Under the pieces are notes generated by a model. That model had not been told where the DNA came from and searched no databases. It saw only the letters and a program-made list of their open reading frames with translations. Source: Felis catus (lineage: Eukaryota). Taken from it: a stretch of 64,000 nucleotides of DNA. The stretch is from NCBI RefSeq assembly GCF_018350175.1, contig NC_058385.1:51708001-51772000 (forward strand), read 5' to 3'. Of this stretch, positions 11,937 to 23,065 are shown piece by piece. Position numbers and translations under genes: made by a program. Within the stretch, counting starts at the first letter, position 1; every line of letters begins with the position of its first letter.

Positions 11937-12133
11937 GTTGAAGAAAAAGTCCCAGTCGGTGGATATTACCGCTCCAGGGTTCAACCCTTTGGCTGGTGCA
12001 GGAAAGCCAATGCCGCAAGCGAGTAAGCCCCCCGCACCTAAGACACCCATCATTGAAGAAGAGCAGAACAATGCAGCCAATACCCAGAAGCATCCTTCTC
12101 GGAGGAGTGAACTGAAGAGGTTCTACACCATTG
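11937..12133 (+). CDS. OXR1: OXR1 internal coding exon (197 bp, N-terminal region of long isoforms, upstream of the LysM domain); phase 2 in, phase 1 out
   Basis: Acceptor tattctttacctgtag|G and donor ATTG|gtgagc. Translation LKKKSQSVDITAPGFNPLAGAGKPMPQASKPPAPKTPIIEEEQNNAANTQKHPSRRSELKRFYTI matches the recalled mammalian OXR1 N-terminus (...LKKKSQSVDI[N/T]APGFNPLAGAGKQTPQASKPP...RFYTIDTGQKK). The ORF-track entry 11917..12165 overruns the true exon on both sides. Confidence 0.95.
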
Positions 12134-14039
12134 GTGAGCACCAGACATTCTATGCATGTGAATAGGTGACGTGTGTCTGAACAGCACTGTGAGCGCGTGG
12201 GTCTGTGCTTGTTTATATGAGCATATATCGTTCTGATGGTTTGTGTGGTCATTTCCATTGAATGTGGAAATTGAAAAACACTGAAAACCTTCAACAGACT
12301 TAAATAAGAGAGTAGTCTTAAGGACCTTCCAGAGGAGTTAATTTTATGTATATATAGTTTTCCAATTTTTAAGCTTATGTGCTACCATTTTCATTTTTGC
12401 CATTTTTCAGCTGGAGCCATTTTTTGTTTGATTTTGTTCGTTTCATTTTCCCTCCAGGCTCTGAAGTCCCTGACCCTGTTCTGTCAGGTTGTTAAGGCAG
12501 TGGTTGATGTCACCCTGTGACTAACAAAGCCATTAGGAAAACAGAGTCTGAGGGAAGGCAAATTGGCCTTGCACAGTACTTCACTTTGGAGGGACTGAAT
12601 CCCATATAGAACCCATCATCTAAGAAAGTCGTCAGCTATGGATAGAGTCTTGCAGGCATTATGGGCCTGTTTTCCTGGATAAAATAATATCCTGTAATTT
12701 TGAACTTTATCACTTAATTGGGATTTTAAGTAAATAAGTTGAGTTATGAACTTTTTATACCAATATTTGTCCATTATGTCTTTGGCCTTGCTTTCTAATA
12801 ACAATTTTCAGTGTTTTAGGTCTATTTGAGACAAAAGTTGCTCAGTATATCATATATGGTAGAGGATGATGCATAGGGGAGATAAATCTACCCAGGAAGG
12901 GAGGTGGATGCTTGGCCTTGCTTTATTATTTCATTCTAGAGATATTTGGTCATATCCAAAAGCCTTAGAAGTAGAAACTATGGCTTAATGGGTTTACCAA
13001 AGCTACATCAAAGGGGTCACATTTTATTTGGTATGCACCACCCTAACTACCCCAATATGGGATGTTTGAAATGTTTTTCTCAGATACTTCAGGGTTCTTC
13101 TCAGGAGATCACAACCAGAAGACCGGATTCTAGTTCTGACTCCCACATCAATTTTCTGGGTGACTTTGTCAAGTCACTTTCCTATGTCTTTGGGTTAGGT
13201 TGTATCCTTCAAGCTTGAAGACATGCTTCCGTGTTGGTCTAGTACTATTTCAGGATATGGCAACTAAAACCATGCTTTCCCCTTCTGCCACTCTGTGTCC
13301 TCTTCCTGTATCTACTCTCAAGTGCCCTATTCTCGGATGAAGATGTTCGAGTCTTATTTTTCAAGAGATAGCAGGCATGGTGTCTTTGAGGATATCAGTA
13401 GTCAAGTAACAAGAATTGATATAAGACAGTGGCAACAAGTGCATGTTTACATTTTTAAAACTTACAGTTGCATGTTTCTAAAAATCAGTCAACTAGAAAA
13501 GCCCGTAAAGTTTACTGCGTCTCTATTTTCCAATGTCCTCTCCTCCCGTCCTTCAACATGCCCACCACCTTCTATTGCTTCTCTGACTTATTAACTGGAT
13601 AAGAAGAAACAGTATTTTGCCTTCAGAAAATAAAGTTTATTGTATAAACCAAATATGCCTTAAAGATGAGAAAATGAGGGAGAAACAATGACCAGTTTGG
13701 CCACATGAATAAAGAGACAAACCTAGAAAATAGAAGTCTAAATGGTGAGTTTGGATTTCAGAGAGATGAACTGTGAATGATTTTTAAATAGCCCTACCAC
13801 TAATGAATATTTAATTATTGGATTTTCAGCAATTTTATTCATAATCAATGCCAATGGCATGTCTATTATGTTAGAACAGATATCTGAATTATAAACAATG
13901 TGTTCATATAACCCTTCTACTAATTTGGACCCACAGCTATTATTTTCAAGGCCGAAATATTAGCAACTATGTGATCATTTGTGTTGAAAGATTATTTCAC
14001 AAAACAAGTATATTTCAGTATTCCTTAATACATGTGTTA

Positions 14040-14175
14040 GTAATAACAACAACTAAAACTACCACTAGTTGGTAATGCCATATACCAGGTACAAGTGAAG
14101 ATTGTTAGGTAGGTGTTATGCTCTTTATTTTTATAGATGAGGGATAGAGCCTGAGAAAAGTTAAGGAGCCATGAG
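14040..14175 (-). mobile_element. MIR fragment
   Basis: ttttatagatgaggg...gagaaaagttaagg. Confidence 0.55.
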
Positions 14176-14963
14176 TAAGATAGCAGACTCTGCAAATGAA
14201 ATTAACCTTGTGACACTTCAGAATCGGCTTCTGTGTTATTCAGAAGGATACCTGCAGAGGTGAGCCAAAGGAGTTTCTATGGGTAATACAGTGGGGTAAT
14301 ATTTTTACTTCAATTCTCAGATAATCTCATTTAAGGAAACCATGCCAACTAACGCATCCGCCAGCCAATGTGCCCTTTCATTGAAAGCTATCTTTCGATG
14401 TCTCAATTTATGGTTCACAGAACTGAAAAAAAAAAACAAAAAAAAAACAAAAAAAAAAAACCTAGGAGCCCTCATGTGGCCAAGTTGAGTACTACATTTA
14501 AATTTTGCAGTGAAAGCAGTACTGTATTTAAGTGAAATACTATATTTAATTGCAAGTGATGATTCTGGGGATTAAAGAATTTTAAAATTAAAAAAATAGA
14601 AAATTTTGAAGTTATTTAAATGTCTTTTAGTGGGTGGGTGGTACAGTGGGTTTCTCTAGAAACTAGTTTTGACCTCACAGCTGTTATCCTTCATGAACTG
14701 ATGTATAGGATCTATTTTCTGTTGTGAGAACTCTAAGAAAGATATTCTAGTCTTCTTGTATAGACAATAGTTTCAGGTCCTCAATTATTCCTAACAATAG
14801 AAACATATTAAACCTAATATAGCAGCAAAAAAAAAATGACACAGCATAAACTCATTTTTTATAAGAGAATTAACCCTTCTTATAAGAAGTATAATAACAA
14901 TTCATTGTTTTGTATTAAGTAGGGGAAAAGCTATTCTCTATTGATGTAAAATATATGAATCTT

Positions 14964-15570
14964 TGTTGCGACCGGCGCGACAAACACCGAGGTCAGGGTC
15001 CTGAGGGTAGGGGAATGCAAGAAAAAAGAGAGAGTTTGGGAACAGGAGGGTCCCGTGGGCTGATGGCCCAAGTGACGGCTTTATTGTTGCTGTACACAAT
15101 CTGTTATATCCAGACTCTTATGGGTCAGGCCGTTCTAAGAATAAACAGGTTTCACGTAATCGCTGCCAACCAAAACATTTAGTTCTGTGTTTCTTGTGCA
15201 TTTTCTAGATGGGTCACAAGACCTTGTTGATAAGATTGCTAGCAAAACACAATTCCCATGTTTGTTTCTATCTGACTCGGGGTAGAAAAAGGGAGGTAGC
15301 ATTACTGCCAACACCTGCAGACCACAGGCTTCAGGAATCAACTTTCTCAGCCTTGACAAGGCTTTCCTATGCCCTTGAAAGTGGGGGAATGGGAGAGGGA
15401 ACCACCGGGTTGTCTTGAGTCAACAGGGAACGTTGCTCCACCCGGTCTCAGCCTGGCGCCGGGGCCGGCCTCCCACATGAATGGGAGGGGGAACCACCGG
15501 GTTGGCTTGAGTCAACGGGGAACATTGCTCGACCCGGTCTCAGCCTGGCACCGGGGCCCAGCCCCCCACA
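14964..15570 (-). mobile_element. Solo LTR, ERV class II / betaretrovirus-like, 607 bp
   Basis: TG...CA termini (minus strand TGTGGGGGGC...CGCAACA); 6-bp TSD aatctt / tatctt; minus-strand TATA-like GATATAAC (~15103-15110) followed closely by AATAAA (15080-15085); CpG-rich. Confidence 0.85.
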
Positions 15571-15800
15571 TATCTTCACATAAATGAAAAGGAAAGTAAT
15601 CACAATATCAGGACCATGTAAGGAAAGAGCTTTTTCTGCCCTGCTTATGTCACTAACTGTATAATCTTGCAGTTATTTGCCATCTCTGGACCTTAATTTT
15701 TTCAAATCTGTAGAATGAAAGATTTAGATCAGATCAGTGTCTAAGTATCTTTTGTCTCGTACTCTCTTTTTATTATCATAACTGGCTATATGAAGTACTA

Positions 15801-16426
15801 TGTAAGTTTTTCTTGCTGTGAAACGAATTGCCACAAACACAGCTCTTTAAAACAATGCCCATTTACCAGCCCACAGTTATGTAGGTCAGAAATCTACATA
15901 GCATGGCTTGGTTCTCTTCCCAGTACATTACAAGGCTAAAATCAAGGTGCTAGGTGGACTGAGTTCTCATCTGGAGGCTCAACTAGGGAAAGAAATGCTC
16001 CCACATTCATTCTCCTTATCGCAGAATGTCGTTCCTTGCAGTTGTAGGACTGAAGTTCCCCATTTCTTTCCTGGCTGTCAGGTCAGGGCCACACTCAGCT
16101 TTGGAGGCCACTCTCTTTCTTTGCCATGTGGTCTCCTCCATCCTCAAGCCAGTAACTGTGCTTCAGATCCTTGTCATCTGAATCTTTGACTACGTCTCCT
16201 GGGGCTAGCCAAGAACGCTCTCTGATTTTAAAGGGCTCAGGTAATAGATCAGGCCCACCCAGATGATCTCTCTGTCTGAAAATCAGCAGAACCTAATTAT
16301 GAGGGTCATGTCCATCATATTCACAGTCCCAGGGATTATGCATGCATATAGATCAGAGGGTTGAAAAAAAAAAAAAAGATCAGAAGGATGAAGAATTTGT
16401 GGACCCTCTTAGTATTCTGTCTAACA
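15801..16426 (-). mobile_element. MaLR LTR (MLT1D/E-like)
   Basis: ttgctgtgaaacgaattgccacaaac...aaggctaaaatcaaggtg...gttgtaggactgaag...ggcccacccagatgatctc...tagtattctgtctaaca. Confidence 0.8.
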
Positions 16427-16514
16427 TATTTTATACCCCTTACCCAGTATATAGCACTATATACTCAACTACCAGCACAGCTCAAGCAAAACTTCCTTAA
16501 AACATTTCTGTCAT

Positions 16515-16729
16515 GGGGCGCCTGGGTGGCTCAGTGGTTAAGCGTCTGACTTCGGCTCAGGTCATGATCTCATGGTCTGTGAGTTCGAGCCCCGCGTTGG
16601 GCTCTGTGCTGACAGCTGAGAGGCTGGAGCCTGCTTCGGATTCTGTGTCTCCGTCTCTCTCTGCCCCTCCTCTGCTCATGCTCTGTCTCTCTCTGTCTCA
16701 AAAGTAAATAAAAACATTATAAAAAAAAT
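16515..16729 (+). mobile_element. Feline SINEC_Fc
   Basis: Canonical head and tail; TSD core ttctgtca on both sides. Confidence 0.95.
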
Positions 16730-18091
16730 TCTGTCACTATCTGTTCTGATTTTTATCCTATCCTAATGCTCTGTCAACTCACTGAAGCAATTACATAATT
16801 AATCAATTGGGATCTACAGTTTGAAAAATCACTGGACTGGATATTTGAAGTCCTTCAAATACTTAAAATCATGTTATTATTTTTAAATGATAGGATTAAT
16901 TAGAGCTAGAATGATCCAGCATTAAATTGGTGGGTTAATAGAGGAAAATAGAATAAAATTTGTCACGACTCCATTGTTTCTGGTAGATAAAACTCCTGGA
17001 GTTTGGCATTCTTTGACATTGGCACTCTATGACATTCTTTTCATCGTCCCAGGTAGACAGAAGACAAAACCAAATAGTAGACTCAGATATTTGTAATGTG
17101 CTTTTTATTTGATACCTTTAATTCAGAGAACCATATGTAAGGACTTGTGAAAGAATTAGGCATAGAGGTAGTAAAGAAGACACTACATGCAGGATCCAAA
17201 AATGTCCCATTGTTCCCAAGGTGAATCTGTATAATTCTATGTAGTATTTGTTCCTTGCTTTAGAATCTAGAGCTAGAATTTGTACCTCTTTTTCCACCTT
17301 CTGTGATTGTTAGTAAAAGGTGCTGATGTCTTCCCATTCTGACAACTTCCTTGACATTTATAAAATAAAACAACTCTTGACTGGCTGTCCCCACAATCAG
17401 TCATTCATGAAACACCAAATGCTGATGAGCCCCTGATCAGTCCCTCCTCTGTGAAAACCTTACAGGCAGTGCTGATGAGAATAGAAAGAAAAGTAAAATA
17501 GAGAGCCCTGCTTTCAAGACAGTCATCAAATGGGTGGGAGAGGAGAGTGCCTGGTAAAAATGGGTATACCAGTGAGTAGAATTCAAGACAGATGCCCTAA
17601 TGACATTGTGTGTGTGATGGGGGGACGAGTGGGGAGCAGCAGAGGCTAGGGGAGGCTCACTCAAAGTGCTGTGGAATCCAAAAGATGGAGAAATTGCACC
17701 AGATTGTAAGGACTCTCATGGACTCTTCATTAGCTCCATGGATACAGTCGCCTTTTATCACCTCTTGCCCTCCTTGTGTTTAAGCTCCCTTAGCATCTGG
17801 CACGCACTTGTCCCCTTTATCAATTCCTATGGGGAGGGAATGATGCCATTAATTTCAGTAGTCTGAGTACTGAGTACAGTGTGAGGTGCAGAGTAAGTGC
17901 TAAATAAACTTTGGGGGCGGTAAAGAGGAGGGAAAACGTGGTCCTAGTGGAAGTTGTGAGGAGTAACTTTGCCCTTGCTAGTGGAGGAGGAGGGAAGGAA
18001 ATTGGCTAAGAGTTCAGTTTAAGGAAGAGCTTCAGAGGCTTCAGGAACATCTGCTTGGAAGAATGGTGAATCAGATAATACAGCCTTCCAC

Positions 18092-18135
<44 letters not shown>

Positions 18136-18149
18136 CCTACCTATCTACC
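18092..18149. repeat. (TCTA)n/(CCTA)n tetranucleotide microsatellite
   Basis: Direct reading. Confidence 0.95.
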
Positions 18150-18619
18150 TTAGAGTTATCAGAGCCCTCTTTTATTACTTACACTAATGCTCTGTGCAAC
18201 TTCACAGAGAAGGCAGACCAGGGTGGAACTTAGCCTTCTCAGGTTTCTGGCTCAACAGAGCTTCCGAGCAGATCCAATAAGGAGGCTCCTTGGCTCTCAG
18301 GTGTCCTGATGAATAATACCTCTGGAGCTTTCCCTCCCTTGAGACCTCTCACTATCAGGTCCTTACCTTGTCATGTGAACTGACAGCCTGCTCACCTTCT
18401 TTAATCTCCTGTTTACTCTCATGACTCAGTCTCTGCCTTTTATTCCATCTGTATTAATGTCACCAGAACACCTCCTCTTTGCAAGATGCCCCCTATGGTG
18501 AGTTAGTCAATGTTTTTTACACAGTACTTTTCACTTATATTCAGATGAGTGAGTTCTGGATTTATGTGAGGGATGTGTATAATTCAGACTCTTCCACGTA
18601 TGAAAATATGTTCATTTAT

Positions 18620-18775
18620 GAATCTATTCATTTATTAAGTCAATAAATATTTAGTGAATGCTCACTACATGCCAGGTCTTATCCGAAATTCTGTTAATAC
18701 AACAGTAAACAAGACCAAGTCCATGACCTCAGGTGCTTATATTCTAGTGGGGAAGATAGGCTATAAACAGTCAGG
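18620..18775 (-). mobile_element. L2 3' fragment
   Basis: caataaatatttagtgaatgctcactacatgccagg...cttatattctagtgggg. Confidence 0.7.
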
Positions 18776-18813
18776 TATCTAGCACATTGCCAAGGAATGA
18801 GGAGTATTTAAAG

Positions 18814-19025
18814 TTTTTTTAAATGTTTTATTTATTTTTGAGAGAGAGAGAGACAGAGCACGAGTGGGGGAGGAGCAGAGAGAGAGGGAGACACAGAATC
18901 TGAAACAGGCTCCAGGCTCTGAGCTGTCAGCACAGAGCCCGACGCGGGGCTCAAACTCACGGACGGCAAGATCATGACCTGAGCCGAAGTCGGACGCTCA
19001 ACCGACTGAGCCACCCAGGCGCCCC
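18814..19025 (-). mobile_element. Young feline SINEC_Fc
   Basis: CpG-retaining copy; perfect flanking direct repeat aggaatgaggagtatttaaag (18793-18813 / 19026-19046). Confidence 0.97.
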
Positions 19026-19659
19026 AGGAATGAGGAGTATTTAAAGGAAAAAAAAAAACAAAACAAGGGAGAAAGGTGATAGAAAAGTTACTCTATAAAA
19101 TGTTTAAATCTCATATAATTTTTATTTGATGAATTTTGTCAGATGACTTATACGGTCCTAAGAAATCACTTAGGATGGTGTCAATTACAGGACATTAGAT
19201 GTGCTCATAATAGATTTTTCAAAGCACTTTTGCTTTCCTTGCACAGAATTAGGTTTTGAAAAGACTAATGGAATTGACATTTGCCGCATGAAGAAGAACA
19301 TGATTGAGGGGAAATGTAATGCTCCTCAAGCTGCCTGGCACTGTTTAAAGAAGTGGTGTCCAGATGTTTTTTCATTTCTGTCAAGAAAAGAATAAAACAT
19401 GTGGATTAAGCTGTAGTATAGAATATTGAAATTACATAAAGAATGTAACACATTTTCTTATATGTTACCGGAAAGTTTGCTTTTTGTTTATTTCTTAACG
19501 TATAGCTGTAACCTCTTTAGAATGGTTCAGAAGTCAGTTTGCCTAGAGGGAAAAGACCAACGCTCAAAGATCCTAAATGATTGTTATCAATGTCAGGAAG
19601 GCTGAGGTGTAGTCATTCCCTGTGTTTATTAAGAGCACCTTCTTTTGCTCAAATGAGCA

Positions 19660-19895
19660 ACAATCAATGGTGATAAACTTGGCCTCTGGAATTGATGTCT
19701 AAGTTGGAATCCCATTCCCTGTGCTATATGTATGACCATAAACAAGGTACTTGGAATCTCAGAGCCCAGCATCTTCACTTACAAGAGGAAATAAAACTGG
19801 CGTTTACTGAAAGGGCTGTGGTGAGGAATAAGTGAAATGATCTACGTAAAGTGCTCATCCTAGTGCCTAGAATTGGGAAGTTCTCAATCAGTGTT
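19660..19895 (+). mobile_element. MIR
   Basis: ctctggaattg...gtggtgaggaataagtgaaatga...gtaaagtgctc...tctcaatcagtgtt. Confidence 0.65.
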
Positions 19896-20446
19896 AACTT
19901 GTTACTGTTGCTGTGCATCAAGGATACAGCCCGCACAAGTTATCCCTGGGCAAAGATGTGAAGCTTAACCTGGAATTTATGTGACTCAAGCCTACCCTCT
20001 TTTGATCCTTGTAGATCTGGTCACCTTATATGTCCTGCTTAAAAAAAAAACCTGCAGTGGTTCCTTCCTCCCCACCCCCCCCCCCCCCCCGCCAAGAACA
20101 TAGGATTGTTGCTCTACAGACCTTTCCTGTTCTGCTCCTATGTGCTCTCCAGCTTTATCTCAGACCCCAGCCCTATACCCTAGCTAAGCCAAATTCCTTA
20201 TGATTTACCAAAGGTGTTCTTATGTATGCTATACCCGGGGCTTTATGTTAGCTCCTCTTTCTTCCTAGAATAGTGTTGGGATTCAACCGAAACTTCCCTC
20301 ATAACTGGCCACACTTTCCCCAAATCTGATCAACATGAATAGATTTCAAAGCATTTTAGCATACACATTATCAGTGTTTTAGGTCTCTAACAAATACTCA
20401 TTGAATTCAGTGTTTGCTTGTAACATTCTTAAAGGGTACGTGGAAT

Positions 20447-20518
20447 ATGTATATACATATATATACACATATACATATACATATATATATATATGTATAT
20501 GTATATGTGTATATATAT
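20447..20518. repeat. (TA/CA/TG) mixed dinucleotide repeat
   Basis: Direct reading. Confidence 0.9.
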
Positions 20519-20833
20519 TCTGACCACCGTGCAGCATTCTGTGCAATTAAGTCTCTGAAAGTTGAATGATTTATTCATGATCACATTTTGTATAGTACGA
20601 AACCAAGGAAAGAATCTACATAGATGCATGACTAATAGTAAAGACCTTGACCTCTGTACATTTTCAGATCACATTCTTTTCTCAGAAGCGAAACAAAAAT
20701 GAAATAACATCACTGACCGAGATCTCAGTGAGTGGTTTCCCAATGCAAGTCCATACCATTGATGGTGAAACAGACCATTAAGAAAGAGTATTAGTTTTTT
20801 CCTGAAATTAAATTTATTCAACTAAACTGACTG

Positions 20834-20943
20834 TTCTTTCCTTCTTTTCTCTTACTCCTCTTTTCCTTCCTCCTTTCTTCCTTTTTCCCCTTCTTTCCTT
20901 TCTTTTTTTCCTTTTCCTTTTCTTTCTTTCCTGCCTCCTTCCC
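20834..20943. repeat. Pyrimidine-rich low-complexity tract (TTTC/TTCC)
   Basis: Direct reading. Confidence 0.85.
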
Positions 20944-22563
20944 TGTATTAAAATGAACTGCTTTTTTGTGAAATGATGGCATAGTATATGTATTGGTTTG
21001 GTAGGCTTTTTAAATAAGATTTGTTCTTTTTAAATCTCATTGCTTATCAAAAATAAATTGGGAAATGCCCACCAGAATACTCCTTTGAAATTTTACTGGT
21101 CTGTGAAATTGTAAACTCTGAAACTCTGAGAAGACAAGTGTTCTTGTCTTTTGCCCTGCCTTCAAGATAGAATGCCTTCAATATTGCAAACTTAATGAAG
21201 CACAGTTAAATATAAATTCGTATCTTACTAACCCTGGGTGCTTACATATTAGAAAGAGAGCCTGCAGAATTAGGGGTTCCCTGGGAATTCTTTTGAGTAG
21301 TTGGCAAAATTAAAACAGTAATAACTAGTTTGGAAACTCTAAAAAGAGAAAAGCAAGATGCATATTTTAACTGCTTTTTAATTGCAGTACACTAAGCATT
21401 TTAAAATATCATCATATAACTTGTATGCCTCTCATTTTGAAGCCAGACTTTTTAATTATAAGAATAAAAAAGAGCAACCCTAAAGTGAAAACACTGTAAC
21501 AGGAGAGAAAAAAAATGGGAAAGAGTAATCTTCCTAGAGGCAACACATTCTGCAGCATGAAAGTAGGTCACCCCTAAACCAGAACCTTCTCTCCAAGCTA
21601 GAAGAATCTTCATGCAAAAGCAGAACGTCTCTGTGATTTAATCAGCAGAACCATCTTGACATACGGGTCACTGTCTATAGGCACAGAAACTAAAATGGAT
21701 AACTGTTCTCAGGGTTCAAATTAAATCATGTTCTTGAGAAAAATGACTTTGTTTTGAAGTCTGTTCTGACAGTTTGATGACTTCTTGTATTTTCTGAGTC
21801 ACAAGAGTCTTTAGGGAAAATCATTCCATTGCTGAGGTTCCTTGTGATACATGAAACTGAAATTTCCCAAATTGACCTGGGCTTTTCACAAATTTTGAGG
21901 ACCACCACATGTGTAGAAGTGTTGTTTCTTTTATTTTTTATAAATATTGCATACGAATGTGCAATTTTATTAAGAGAGTGAATTTAAGGATATTGAGAAT
22001 GCAAGTTCAATTTTTTGTTCTTTTGTGGGATAAATAGACCTAAGGACTCAATATATGCATCTGTGTCTGTGTGTATGTGTTGAAGAGGTATTTAATTGGG
22101 TTTTTATTTTATGTCATTTTTATAATCCATTCCATTTAAAACCCACTTACAAACATGAAGGCTAGGAGAACCCACCAGCAGAAGCTTCTTTTCAACTCTA
22201 GAATAAATATGAAAGCTTTATGTCTTCCTAGAGAAATTAGATATTTTTTTACTACATATTTATACAATTTTAAACCTTACTACGAAGCAGTATGTACTCA
22301 GAAGGAAGAAAAATGTTTGTTTGTATCCCTTTAGATTGGTAGTACCCATAATGTGGCAGATAAGCTTGCCAACTCTAATTTTCCTGGGTTAGCACCATAT
22401 TTTGTACATTTGCCTTATTCTTTTTTTTGCTCTAATTCTGTGATTGTTCTGTGTCAGAAGTAATCAAGTCAGGACCAAGAAACACAGCTTAATAACGGTT
22501 GTGATAAATGGATTACAAAATGTCAATAAAGCTGAGGTTTCCCTGAGCAGCTTGTATTGGTAT

Positions 22564-23065
22564 TGTTAACCTTAAACAACTTTATAACTTTTTGTTATTT
22601 ATAACAACATAAATAACTTTCAGTTATTTTAAACAACTTTATAAGTTTTTTTTATTTATAACAACTTAAATAACTTTCAGTTATTTTAAAAATATGTTGA
22701 TTCGGGAATAGCAGAGAACTGCAATTCAGGACAAGCAAGCTAAGGCAAAAACGGAGAAGACAAGAGATAAAGGAGAGGAATGCCCTTTTACAGAGGAAAT
22801 CCGGAGGGTTGGGAGCACTGTGATAAAAAGTCCACTGGTGTAAACTGGGAGTTAGAAGTATAGTGGTCTTTTATTGGTTGAGTTGTGACAGCCTCTCACT
22901 GGCTGGGCTGGGCAGGAAGAAAGGAGCGGGTAGAGTAGTGCGTTTGGCAAGGTGTGTCGCTTCCTGTTGGGTCTGTAATTAAAGACTAGTGATAAGGCGT
23001 GAGCGCTCCCCCTGCTGGCCTTCTGATTCCATTTTAAATGAGGTTTCCTTTAATTAATTTTCACA
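22564..23065 (-). mobile_element. Solo ERV1-type LTR (carnivore CarLTR-like) with a 57-bp tandem duplication near its 3' end
   Basis: Minus strand begins TGTGAAAATTAATTAAAGGAAACCTCATTTAAAATGG and ends TTTAAGGTTAACA; no convincing TSD. Confidence 0.7.

Noticed and set aside
15387-15570. CRISPR-like or satellite array
   Set aside because: Only two adjacent copies with no spacers, inside a retroviral LTR in a mammalian genome.
20066-20091. Poly-C run (also 4091-4108) as a functional G-quadruplex
   Set aside because: Simple homopolymers in repeat-derived context with no supporting evidence.
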